DNA from: a virus
DNA length: 64,000 nt
IMG/VR virus record: IMGVR_UViG_3300031964_000784
Direction: 5' to 3' (one strand)
The first letter of the stretch is position 1; every line of letters begins with the position of its first letter. The notes under the pieces are model-generated. The model did no database searches. It was not told the origin of the DNA and saw nothing but the letters and a program-made list of their open reading frames with translations. This document shows positions 34,706 to 43,554 of this stretch, in pieces. The translations under genes and the position numbers were made by a program.

Positions 34706-35395
34706 ATGATTATGAAGCTGTTTTCAATATTGTCGGTACTGGCAACGCTCCCAATTCTTACCTCTTGCACAAAGCAACACGATGAATTTGTCGGCACCTG
34801 GGGCAACGAATGGATGGGAGGGACGGTACATTTCGTCGTAACCAAAGATGGCAGCGACTCATTTATCGTCAAAGAGGTGCTTTTGGAAAATGGGGCCATA
34901 ATTTCGACGAGCGTGGGCAAGGTCGTTAATGATCAACTTGTCTTGAATGATGGCACCGGACTGTTTGGTAAGTTTGCCTACTCACCCTCGGAAAATGCAT
35001 TGGTGGTTATTAATCAGCCGACTTCACCAATCTATCGTCGTGTAGCCACATTGACCGCGAGCGACATAAGCAACGCAAAAAAAGAGATCGACGTAATAGT
35101 AAAGCCAGCTTTTGTTGCAACTGGAACAGCTTGTTCGACAAACTTTCCAGGGGCGCCCGACATCAGCAACGCAGTCCTTGGGTTGCCTTCAGCGTCAAGT
35201 ATGTCTGGCGCGTATATTGATTCTGTTTTTACCGGAGGCACTGAATCTGAGCCGACAATAACAGTCACCTTTAAAACGATTGGAAATGCGCTCCCTGCTG
35301 GGCGAACCTTGGTCTATAGAGGAGTTTGTTCGACGACAGGTCTTGCGTGGACGGTTAGCGGCACTGGATTGGAAATATTGAACGCGAAGGGGTAG
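34706..35395 (+). CDS. lipoprotein with C-terminal type IV pilin-like globular domain
   Basis: Lipobox LTSC; NAVLGLPSASSMSGAYIDSVF...TITVTF...GRTLVY...GLAWT resembles pilin head. Confidence 0.6.
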   Translation: MIMKLFSILSVLATLPILTSCTKQHDEFVGTWGNEWMGGTVHFVVTKDGSDSFIVKEVLLENGAIISTSVGKVVNDQLVLNDGTGLFGKFAYSPSENALVVINQPTSPIYRRVATLTASDISNAKKEIDVIVKPAFVATGTACSTNFPGAPDISNAVLGLPSASSMSGAYIDSVFTGGTESEPTITVTFKTIGNALPAGRTLVYRGVCSTTGLAWTVSGTGLEILNAKG

Positions 35396-35397
35396 AC

Positions 35398-35592
35398 ATG
35401 ACGATGAGAACCTATACTTGGTATCGATGTACTTGCGGCCATCGTGGTGCCGTGGTCGTCAGCGAAAACGACCAGCCTTACTCCAAAATGTGGGAAAGTA
35501 CGAGCTTGAAGGAACTCGCCGGCACATCTGAACACCCTGTTTGCCCCAAGTGTAAAGCCGTCCTGTCCGCATCGAACATCGAACACGAATAG
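35398..35592 (+). CDS. small zinc-finger protein
   Basis: CTCGH...CPKC. Confidence 0.6.
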   Translation: MTMRTYTWYRCTCGHRGAVVVSENDQPYSKMWESTSLKELAGTSEHPVCPKCKAVLSASNIEHE

Positions 35593-35601
35593 GGAAATGC
35601 C

Positions 35602-35751
35602 ATGACGCGCTTTATTATCTACAGCATCATATATTCTGCAATTTTCTGGCTCCTCTTCCCGCCTGGTGACAAGTCCTACGCTATCGTCGGCGGACTGCTA
35701 GTTGCGGCGGTGTCGATAGGCGTCTCGAAGCTATTCAAAATCGGCAAATGA
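35602..35751 (+). CDS. small two-TM membrane protein
   Basis: RBS AGGGA; 49 aa, hydrophobic. Confidence 0.5.
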   Translation: MTRFIIYSIIYSAIFWLLFPPGDKSYAIVGGLLVAAVSIGVSKLFKIGK

Positions 35752-35989
35752 CGCAATGCGACGGCTCGCTCAGTCAGCCTCTTGTATTCCCTCATGGCCT
35801 CGCCCAACATAAGCAGCGGGCCGTCGCCATACCAATCCTCGGTACAAACGGAGCATCCGAGAAAAGCCCCAGGATTTCCGTCGACTGACGCCTCTTGTAC
35901 GATCACCACGGAATAGCCATTAACTTGCGGAGTGATCGCGGTCAATTTTCGATTCATGTTCAATTTCGGTGTTTCCTGAGTTCCGCACA

Positions 35990-36322
35990 TCAGCAGCCAA
36001 TCCTTCGCAAGAAGAAATAATAGACCCACATTACCAATAACAATAGCCCGTAGATCAGAGTGGGCCGGACGCGTCGCGCACGATAGGATCGTATTGCCCC
36101 AACCACCAGAAGACCCAATATCAGTATCCCGGTAAGCGGAACAAAGATATCGGACATGTCGTCGCTTTCGGTTGGAAGATCGCAAAACGTCGTTACCTTG
36201 CCGTCATGAACCTCGCCCTCGAAAGCGTCGTATGGTGAGGTTGTCCCAATGAGTATAAGCAGCGCCACCAATAACGAGTATATTGGCGCGATTAGGGCCA
36301 TTAAGAATTTACGAACTTTCAT
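35990..36322 (-). CDS. three-TM immunity-like protein (DUF2645/YjeO-like)
   Basis: TM-loop(C...DD)-TM-TM with C-terminal W.YYFFLRRIGC. Confidence 0.6.
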   Translation of the reverse strand: MKVRKFLMALIAPIYSLLVALLILIGTTSPYDAFEGEVHDGKVTTFCDLPTESDDMSDIFVPLTGILILGLLVVGAIRSYRARRVRPTLIYGLLLLVMWVYYFFLRRIGC

Positions 36323-36323
36323 A

Positions 36324-37022
36324 TTAGATTCCCAGCAACCCTGTTACTTCCATGCGATGCTCCATCATTGACCTACCGTATGATGACCATTCGCGCTTCA
36401 GCGTATCTTTCGGTGAGGCCATTGAGTCTTTCAAATCCTTTATTGAGCGTGCCGTCCCTCGGTTATAGCGAATCCCCGCCACCATAAATTGCTCATCAGT
36501 AAGTCTGCGTGTATTGGCTGTTGGGTAGTCACGCAAAATCGTCTGCCGCAGGAACTTCGCTACAACGTCGATATTGAACACATCAGTTTCAAGACAGTCA
36601 GTCAGCTCTCCTTGCTGCTCACGAGTTAATGGCGCACCTTTGTAACCCATAGCCGATAATGCATTCCTTAACTGAATCTTGATCGCCCCTTCAGACGTTG
36701 CCATTGGATCACCCGTTCCTGGTACATACTGACGCAGAGGCAGGGCGAAATGATGTTTAATGTAAGGAGCCTTTCCACCAGCTTCATTGTAAGCGACGCA
36801 CCCGAGAAGATCGGGGGGTATCTGCTGCAAATTTGCCGAATAAAGTATCCGCAATTTGTTATAGGACACCCACGCCCTTTTATACGCCCATATTTGCTGC
36901 ATGCCGCCATGTGTATGTAGCCATTTCCAGTTTGGCGTAGCCCTCCCCGAGATCATTTGCCAAGTTGTCCATTTCGGAAAATTTTGCGGGGTGTACGTAC
37001 AAAATTGGTTCGAGTCTGCCAT
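36324..37022 (-). CDS. lysozyme-like fold antibacterial effector (T6SS cargo-like)
   Basis: IPPDLLGCVAYNEAGG, TSEGAIKIQLR, FNIDVVAKFL, GIRYNRG. Confidence 0.6.
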   Translation of the reverse strand: MADSNQFCTYTPQNFPKWTTWQMISGRATPNWKWLHTHGGMQQIWAYKRAWVSYNKLRILYSANLQQIPPDLLGCVAYNEAGGKAPYIKHHFALPLRQYVPGTGDPMATSEGAIKIQLRNALSAMGYKGAPLTREQQGELTDCLETDVFNIDVVAKFLRQTILRDYPTANTRRLTDEQFMVAGIRYNRGTARSIKDLKDSMASPKDTLKREWSSYGRSMMEHRMEVTGLLGI

Positions 37023-37256
37023 TGTCGTTTAACCATCGAAAGTAAAATTTTCGCTATTATACTTGGCTTTTCGACAATTGTTCACCTGTCATAAATGACA
37101 GGCTGCAATACACTGCCGCCGCAGATCGTTGCAGCACAAGCCGGCACGCACTTTCGCCATTACTTGCGCGTATATCAGAAACGCAATACAATGAAGCCTG
37201 ACAGAAGTGACGCACGGGGTCGTTCCCCTATTAAGGTTTCATGGAGTCCGCACTGT

Positions 37257-37329
37257 ACCACCGTCTTCCAAAGGATAGGCTGCCTCCCTAACGAAGAGGA
37301 GAATACCGGTTCGAGTCCGGTCGGTGGCG
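37257..37329 (+). tRNA. degenerate tRNA (Arg-like body; anticodon loop reads AAC or expanded ACG)
   Basis: Acceptor CCACCG/CGGTGG, perfect T-arm ACCGG-TTCGAGT-CCGGT, D-loop GGATAG; weak D-stem, mismatched anticodon stem, no CCA. Confidence 0.65.
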
Positions 37330-37384
37330 CTTTTACAATAAGGCAGGGCCGCATCCAGCAATGGGCGCGTTTCGTTAATCCCTA

Positions 37385-37490
37385 GATCAGTGGGGGCTTG
37401 CCGAATAAATTGATCAAGTTGACAGGGAAAAATGCATTCCGTGGTGGTGACTACTGCAAACGGAGGCAAGTCGTATAGTTATGCTTTTCC
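37385..37490 (+). ncRNA. candidate structured RNA downstream of tRNA
   Basis: Nested helices and an 8-bp GGCTTGCC/GGCAAGTC cross-pairing. Confidence 0.3.
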
Positions 37491-37493
37491 AGG

Positions 37494-37522
37494 GCGCCCT
37501 TCTTAACCGGAGGGCGCTTTTT
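37494..37522 (+). terminator. intrinsic terminator
   Basis: GCGCCCT-N10-AGGGCGC-TTTTT. Confidence 0.75.
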
Positions 37523-37538
37523 ACTTTCTGGCAACGCT

Positions 37539-37841
37539 ATGCTCGCTCGCGTCACACAATTCAGATATCGGGGCGTTCGCCGATCAGACCATGACATCAC
37601 CAATGACCCAGGCGTTGTTGGCAAGGTTTCCCTTTATTCCGTCGCAAACTACCTCCAGATGACGGTCTGCGACCCGAATGACGTTGGCATAGCGCACCTG
37701 TTGCTACCCGCCTTGTTCGAGCCGGTCGTCTTCAACATCATCAATGGCGGCATGCTCTTTCGCGGCTACCAGCGCGAGGGTGAGGGCAAGCACATGCCAA
37801 CATACTTCCAGGAGTGGCGTGTCGAGCCACTCCCACGCTAG
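37539..37841 (+). CDS. hypothetical protein
   Basis: LLPALFEP...FRGYQR...YFQEW.VE pattern recalled from prophage hypotheticals. Confidence 0.6.
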   Translation: MLARVTQFRYRGVRRSDHDITNDPGVVGKVSLYSVANYLQMTVCDPNDVGIAHLLLPALFEPVVFNIINGGMLFRGYQREGEGKHMPTYFQEWRVEPLPR

Positions 37842-37946
37842 GCGCCCATAATACCGATATTATCCGCTCCTTAAATACGTTTACACTGAAATACAGAAAG
37901 GCGCATAATCGTCTTTCCTCATTATCGTAAATGCAGAAATGGAGAA

Positions 37947-38588
37947 ATGATGATATTTGGAATCCTGAACCAAAAGGGCGGCGTCGGCAAGACCACGCTA
38001 TCCGTCAACCTGGCCGCATCATTGGCCCGCAATGGCAGCCGCATCCTTCTGATCGACGCCGACCCGCAGGGGAGCGCCCTGGATTGGGCGGCGGCGAGGG
38101 CCGAGGGCGCAGAAGTGACTGCCTTGTTCTCGGTGGTCGGCCTGCCCCGGCCATCTGTCCACAAGGAGATCGGGGCCTTGTCGGCCGGCTACGACCATGT
38201 GATCATCGACGGCCCGCCGCGCGTGACCGACCTGGCACGATCGGCCATGATGGCGTCGGATGTGATCGTTATACCGGTGCAGCCAAGTCCATACGATGTG
38301 TGGGCGGCTGCGGAGGTGATAAAATTGGTCAAAGAGGCTTCTGTATATAAGGAAGCACTGAAATCATGTTTTGTGATAAACCGCAAAATCGCAAATACTG
38401 CGATCGGTAGGGACATTGGAGCCGGTCTGGCGGCTTATAGCACGCACGTACTAAATGCGGCAGTCGCGCAGCGTGTCGTGTTCGCTGAAGCGGTTGCGCA
38501 GGGCAAGTCAATTTTCGAGATTGACGAGCGCGGGAAGGGCGCCAGGGAGATCCAAGACGTCGCAGACGAACTCATAAAGGGGTGGTGA
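37947..38588 (+). CDS. parA: ParA partition ATPase (short, type Ib/ParF-like)
   Basis: [34 protein letters not shown]; no N-terminal HTH. Confidence 0.95.
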   Translation: MMIFGILNQKGGVGKTTLSVNLAASLARNGSRILLIDADPQGSALDWAAARAEGAEVTALFSVVGLPRPSVHKEIGALSAGYDHVIIDGPPRVTDLARSAMMASDVIVIPVQPSPYDVWAAAEVIKLVKEASVYKEALKSCFVINRKIANTAIGRDIGAGLAAYSTHVLNAAVAQRVVFAEAVAQGKSIFEIDERGKGAREIQDVADELIKGW

Positions 38589-38589
38589 A

Positions 38590-38811
38590 ATGGCAACGGG
38601 CGGCAAGAAGGTTGTAATCGGGGCGAAACCTAATGTCGCCCGAACGCCAGACAATTGGGTCGACGACAAAGCATCGTCCGACCCAACCAAGCGGCTGACA
38701 CTGGACATACCGGTCGAGTTGCACCGGAGGATCAAGGCCGACTGCGCGGTAAAGGATGCCAGTATGGTCGAGGAGATTACTAAGCTGCTGGAAAAGCGCT
38801 GGCCGAAGTGA
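38590..38811 (+). CDS. ParG-like ribbon-helix-helix centromere-binding protein
   Basis: KRLTLDIPVELHRRIKADCA...SMVEEITKLL directly after parA. Confidence 0.85.
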   Translation: MATGGKKVVIGAKPNVARTPDNWVDDKASSDPTKRLTLDIPVELHRRIKADCAVKDASMVEEITKLLEKRWPK

Positions 38812-38850
38812 CTACATGTGGCGAGAAGCATTTGATGAAGTCCCGGCTCA

Positions 38851-39183
38851 TTACTGCAAGTCGAGGGTCAGGGCATTCGCCATCGTTTCAAACTTTGCCT
38901 GCTCTTGCTCATCGGCACGAGTGCCGGCGGCGTCCATTGCCGTCATCCATTGCGCAAGCATTGCCTTGGCTTTTGGACGAATGGCATCTGACTGGAAGAA
39001 GCCGAGGATGTGCCCAGCTTCGAAGTCCCGCGCCCGCTCACAACTGGCCGGCAATAAGTTGTGACACATGCGCAGGTCGTTTCGCAGAACTTTGATCGCA
39101 AGCCGCTGCTGGTCGACGGAATCAGCCGCCTGCGTTGACGCAGCGCACAGCGCTAAGATGCCTACTAGAATTGCCTTTTTCAT
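38851..39183 (-). CDS. exported hypothetical protein
   Basis: Signal peptide MKKAILVGILALCAASTQA. Confidence 0.6.
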   Translation of the reverse strand: MKKAILVGILALCAASTQAADSVDQQRLAIKVLRNDLRMCHNLLPASCERARDFEAGHILGFFQSDAIRPKAKAMLAQWMTAMDAAGTRADEQEQAKFETMANALTLDLQ

Positions 39184-39208
39184 ACTCTCTCCAAAGTTGA
39201 GGCGAATT

Positions 39209-39499
39209 TTACACTGACGGGTTGCCACCAGTCATCTTTTCAAGCCACTCACGCTGCTCCGGCGTGAGGCTCTTGAGTTTCGCCAGGAGCGCCTTGTCAA
39301 CACCGCCGCGCATGTCAACCTTCTCTTCGCGCCGTCGGGTAAAGTAGGTATCCATTTCGTTCATGTCGGCATTGTCCAACATGACCTCGACGACTTCGCC
39401 CTGGCTGATCTTGTACTTCTTAGCCAGCTCGGCCAGGTTGCGCTGGTGTGGCTTGCTTGTGGTGATGGTGAAGCGCGCCGTCTGGTCTTCATCTTGCAT
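39209..39499 (-). CDS. hypothetical protein (possible DNA-binding)
   Basis: RBS GGAG; L.ELAKKYKISQGEVVEVMLD. Confidence 0.65.
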   Translation of the reverse strand: MQDEDQTARFTITTSKPHQRNLAELAKKYKISQGEVVEVMLDNADMNEMDTYFTRRREEKVDMRGGVDKALLAKLKSLTPEQREWLEKMTGGNPSV

Positions 39500-39586
39500 G
39501 ATAAATTCTCCCGTGATTTTCATTCGCATGCTTATTATAGCGCATGAAAAAAGCGCCCGAAGACGCTTTGTGATTGACGAGGGGTA

Positions 39587-39778
39587 TTAACTGATGGCGG
39601 CGTTGAAACCAATCTTGGGATCATCGTCTTCTTCCGGCGGCCCTTGAGCCAGCAGCCCGAACGGCAAGCGCTCGATCAGCAGCGGCAAGACCAGGATCAC
39701 CAGCGGATTGTGAGTCACGTACAGCGCCCCAAGAACGAAGAGCAGGATGGCTACATTGAAAAATACACCATGATTCAT
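39587..39778 (-). CDS. small membrane protein
   Basis: Two hydrophobic segments. Confidence 0.55.
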   Translation of the reverse strand: MNHGVFFNVAILLFVLGALYVTHNPLVILVLPLLIERLPFGLLAQGPPEEDDDPKIGFNAAIS

Positions 39779-39791
39779 AGGCTCTTTCTGA

Positions 39792-39809
39792 TAAGTTTTC
39801 GGTGACTTA
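39792..39809. promoter_or_regulatory. operator upstream of minus-strand operon
   Basis: TAAGTTT-TCGG-TGACTTA. Confidence 0.6.
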
Positions 39810-40063
39810 CTTTACGCGAAAACTGACAACTTGTGTATAAGGGTTCGTTGATTTCTGATAATATTACGCCACATTAACTTTGTTGCAGCTTCCACCATTT
39901 GGCCGTCTGGTCTGCTAAGTCAGGGATTCAGGGGCGGGAATATGACACTCATGGCCGACGAGTGCCCATTATTGCCTGCGCTCGGCAACCGTTTCGTAAA
40001 GCAACTTCAACCCTCCGGGTTGAAAACGCTCTTTAGAAACGGTGTATAAAAGTGGAGAAGTGT

Positions 40064-40237
40064 ATGAAATTCAAGGTTCTGTATCAAGTCAACGATGAGT
40101 TTGCAACTGACGTGATCGAGTCTAGCGTTATAAGTGGTCAGGCGTTTGCCGAAGCTATGAAGCCGCTATACGAGAGAGCGGGGGTCGAATTTCTAGGCGT
40201 GGTATCGGTCGCTGAGATAGATGTTGATGTTTGGTAA
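40064..40237 (+). CDS. small hypothetical protein
   Basis: RBS GGAG. Confidence 0.5.
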   Translation: MKFKVLYQVNDEFATDVIESSVISGQAFAEAMKPLYERAGVEFLGVVSVAEIDVDVW

Positions 40238-40376
40238 GTAATAATGGGCCGGGGTCAAACCTGGCCCATTTCCATTTTAGCGTGGGGCGGGTCTTGTCCA
40301 TTGGGCAAACTTGGCCGGCAATGTTATGCTCGGATGGCCCGCACTTTGCGGCACAGCGAACACTGAGTAGGCACGC

Positions 40377-41048
40377 ATGAATAAAATGACTGAAGCGGCG
40401 AGACTGGCGTGGCAGGAGGCTTATTTCGCGAGAATTAATTGGAAACATCACCTGCTGGATATTGCGAAAATGGCTCTGGCAGACTTCGAGCGCGATTTGG
40501 ACAGGGATCATCAAGATAAGCCTCGCTCAACAATCATCAGTGAGGAGGTTGCAAAAGGCTTGCATGACGACGCGAAGAAGGTGATATGGGGTGACTCAAT
40601 TTGCGTTAGCTTTGGCGCGAGACCAGTGGCAGGAATACCGGTGGTTTCTGTCAAAAGACAATCCACAATAATGTCAGAGGATTGCGCCTCATTGGTCATT
40701 TCGCAATTTATCTCGGGGTCTGTCTTTGCGATGATTTATCCGCCCTGTTCGGAAGTTTTAAAGCCTTCCAAGAAGTGCTATATGGTTGCCGTATGGCGCA
40801 ACCCTAGAACGGCAACTACAAAGCAAATTAGAGGTCTATTAGACTTGACACACAAGGTGGATTTGTTTTGCGGAACGGCAACTTACGGCAACAATACTGG
40901 CGCAAAGTTGATGGCGAAGTTACAGGCTAAGGATGAAGGTCTTAGTGGCGGCAAATCAAAAATAGGTGCCAATCTGAGGTACGCTTATTACGTGTTATCG
41001 GTGGCGCTTAAACTTCACGGAGTTCCCGTGCCATTCGGCATACCGTAA
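40377..41048 (+). CDS. accessory hypothetical protein (moron-like)
   Basis: AT-richer ORF convergent with the helicase. Confidence 0.6.
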   Translation: MNKMTEAARLAWQEAYFARINWKHHLLDIAKMALADFERDLDRDHQDKPRSTIISEEVAKGLHDDAKKVIWGDSICVSFGARPVAGIPVVSVKRQSTIMSEDCASLVISQFISGSVFAMIYPPCSEVLKPSKKCYMVAVWRNPRTATTKQIRGLLDLTHKVDLFCGTATYGNNTGAKLMAKLQAKDEGLSGGKSKIGANLRYAYYVLSVALKLHGVPVPFGIP

Positions 41049-41081
41049 GCGCTTGCGTAAAGTTGCCTCCCAGGGCGCTCT

Positions 41082-42830
41082 TCATGCCGCCAGTCTCAGC
41101 TTGCCGAAGCCCAGCGCTTCAAAGTCGAAGTCATTGCCAGCCTCCAGCACGTTTTCATCAAAGCCAGGCGTTCCCTTGATAATCGCCAGTCGTTGCTGCG
41201 CGTGGCCGCGCAGGTGAAGGTTGTGGCTGTCGTCGAAGTCGGTCACGAACGACTTGTTCGGGCCTGACTTCTTCGAGCGCAGCCCGCGACCGATCCGCTG
41301 GCGTAGCGCGACCTCGGCTTTGCCGCCGCCGGCGAGGCAGATATGACCAACCGAGGGCACGTCGACGCCGACGTCAAGGATCGTGGTGCCGATCAATACG
41401 TCGATCGTTCCGTTGCCCAGGCGAGCGAGAGCGGCTTTGCGGCCATCCTGATCATCCTCGCCCTGGATGAACATGACGCGTAGGCCGCGCGCGGCCATGT
41501 CCGTCGTAAGAATCTCGCCGTGCTTCGTCTGCTGAATCAGCACCATCGACGACAGCCCGTAGCGCGTCATGCGCAGGCACTCGTCGACGATCGCCTTGTT
41601 TCGGTACTCGTTGTCGACAATCCCGATCCGATAAGCTGGCTGCCAGCCGGTGTGTTTGTGCAGCTTGGTTGGTTTGTTCGGCAGCGAAATGATCTTGAAG
41701 TGCGGCTGCGCCAGAATGCCGCGATCGATCAGCATCTTCTCGGTTATCTTAATGGCTATGGGGCCAGAGCAAGCCATTAGGCGCATATTCGACTCTTCCG
41801 AGTCCTTCATGAATGGCGTAGCGGTCAGCGCCAACCGGTAGTGTGCATTCTTGCAGTGCTGAAGGATCTCGTAATAGCTATTGCCGGACGCTTCGTGTGC
41901 TTCCTCCAGGATCACCAGACCGAACATGCCAAGCAGGTTGATCGTCTGGGCGCGTTCCTTCATGTGCTGCTCAACCTTGATCGCGGCTTTGCGCTTCATG
42001 CTCGCCTCGGTAGGGCGAGCTGCCTCCTGCTCGATCTCGAAGGTGGCCAGCGCTGCGCGAATCTTCGGCTCTGGCATTTTAATCATCTCCAGATCCTTGC
42101 GCATCGTTTTTGCCGCCTTCAGCTCCCGGTTGACCAGCGCGTCCATCATTCGTTCCAGCTCAGACTCGACCGTCTGCTCTTCGAGACGCGCGATCAAGGT
42201 CTGGACCATGCCAACGCTCATCTTGCGAACCGCAGAGCGCTCTAACCCGTCCTCGGTAATGGTGTGCCCAAACTGACCATCGCCCAATACCGATACCTTG
42301 ATCTTCAGGTCGCGCTCGAACGACTCCTTCATCTGGTACATCAGGATGCCGCGCGTGGTTAGGAAGAGGGTAGGCATGCCGAGTCGAGCAAAGGCCATCT
42401 TTGCGATACGGGATTTGCCGCCGCCGGTAGCCACCTGGGCGATGATCTGTCCATGTCTAACCAGACGATTGACGACATCGTACTGATAGTCATAGCGCGG
42501 GTCGTCACCGAACGCATCAACGATCGGTTTGAGAGGGCCAAGCGGTGTCGGCAAGGGCTTTCTAACCTGATTGACCGTGTAACCCTGTGCGCGCAGCTTG
42601 GCCGCGACAAAATGCACGAAGCCGGCAGGGAAGGTGCCGTTCTTGAAGTGGAAAAAGCTACTTCGGCCATCCCACGTGCCGCCCTTGAAGGACGTCATGT
42701 GTTCGGCGCCGGCCACCGCGTACGACAAGATCGCCTGAACCTGCATCTTGACCTCAGTCGACGGTTTGTGCAGCTTTGCCACTGTCGCGTTGCTGGCAAT
42801 TGTAATTATTTCACGCATGGGGGTTGCCAA
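41082..42830 (-). CDS. superfamily 2 (DExH) helicase
   Basis: QVATGGGKS, ILEEAHEAS, ALTATP, ILDVGVDVP, RQRIGRGLR; helical insert. Confidence 0.92.
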   Translation of the reverse strand: MATPMREIITIASNATVAKLHKPSTEVKMQVQAILSYAVAGAEHMTSFKGGTWDGRSSFFHFKNGTFPAGFVHFVAAKLRAQGYTVNQVRKPLPTPLGPLKPIVDAFGDDPRYDYQYDVVNRLVRHGQIIAQVATGGGKSRIAKMAFARLGMPTLFLTTRGILMYQMKESFERDLKIKVSVLGDGQFGHTITEDGLERSAVRKMSVGMVQTLIARLEEQTVESELERMMDALVNRELKAAKTMRKDLEMIKMPEPKIRAALATFEIEQEAARPTEASMKRKAAIKVEQHMKERAQTINLLGMFGLVILEEAHEASGNSYYEILQHCKNAHYRLALTATPFMKDSEESNMRLMACSGPIAIKITEKMLIDRGILAQPHFKIISLPNKPTKLHKHTGWQPAYRIGIVDNEYRNKAIVDECLRMTRYGLSSMVLIQQTKHGEILTTDMAARGLRVMFIQGEDDQDGRKAALARLGNGTIDVLIGTTILDVGVDVPSVGHICLAGGGKAEVALRQRIGRGLRSKKSGPNKSFVTDFDDSHNLHLRGHAQQRLAIIKGTPGFDENVLEAGNDFDFEALGFGKLRLAA

Positions 42831-42871
42831 TCAAAAATATATGGAGTAAAGTATAAGTCAGTAGTGACTTA
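42824..42871 (+). promoter_or_regulatory. promoter with perfect operator over the start site (helicase/ParB divergent region)
   Basis: TTGCCA-17-TAAAGT; TAAGTCA-GTAG-TGACTTA 42854-42871. Confidence 0.85.
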
Positions 42872-42903
42872 TTTTCAATCAATCTGGGCGTATCCATACG
42901 TTT

Positions 42904-43554
42904 ATGCAACAACAATTCAAGCAAGGCTTCGCCAATCCCGCCGATCTGGTTCCAAATCCCTGGAACACGAACAAGGTGGCTCCCGAAAACGAAGCGAAAA
43001 TCGACGCTAGTCTCAAACGATTCGGCATGTTCAAACCGATCATCGTGCGCGAACTTGCCGATGGCACGCTTCAAATTCTCGGTGGCGAACACCGACGCGA
43101 CTCCGCAATCCGAACCGAACTTGGTCAAGTGCCGATCATTAACCTCGGCAAGATCACCGATCAGCGGGCCAAAGAAATCGGCATTGCCGATAACGGCAGG
43201 TATGGATCGGATGACACGCTTCAATTGGCTGAACTCCTTGAAAGTTTGGGCGGCGCTGACGAACTTGGTACGTTTTTGCCTTACTCCGACAACGACTTCA
43301 TGTCGATCTTCTCAAGTGTGAATATAGCTCTCGATGAGCTTGATTTAGACGACGACGTACCGCCCCCAAGTAAATCTTCCGAAAAAGCGGTACAGACCCA
43401 CGCGATCATGCGATTCAAGGTGCCGGTCGGTGACGTATCGAAAATCACAGAGCGCGTCGAGAAGGTCATGAAACAGCAGCGATTCCATGACGAGGACTCC
43501 CTCGCCAACGCCGGCAATGCGCTGGTACACATTTTCTCAACGGTGGAGATCTAA
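42904..43554 (+). CDS. ParB/Sulfiredoxin N-terminal domain protein 1
   Basis: L.PNPWNTN...SLKRFGMFKPIIVR...ILGGEHR. Confidence 0.85.
   Translation: MQQQFKQGFANPADLVPNPWNTNKVAPENEAKIDASLKRFGMFKPIIVRELADGTLQILGGEHRRDSAIRTELGQVPIINLGKITDQRAKEIGIADNGRYGSDDTLQLAELLESLGGADELGTFLPYSDNDFMSIFSSVNIALDELDLDDDVPPPSKSSEKAVQTHAIMRFKVPVGDVSKITERVEKVMKQQRFHDEDSLANAGNALVHIFSTVEI

Noticed and set aside
37085-37102. CCTGTCA-TAAA-TGACAGG as a Pho box or as another copy of the global operator
   Set aside because: Only one CTGTCATAAA half is present and it is inverted rather than a direct repeat. The outer arms differ from TAAG/CTTA, so it was not counted; it could be a simple hairpin.
37330-37420. Theta/HDV-like ribozyme at the tRNA 3' end
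   Set aside because: I could not build the P1/P1.1/P2/P3/P4 nested pseudoknot starting at the tRNA 3' end; kept only as an unassigned structured-RNA candidate.
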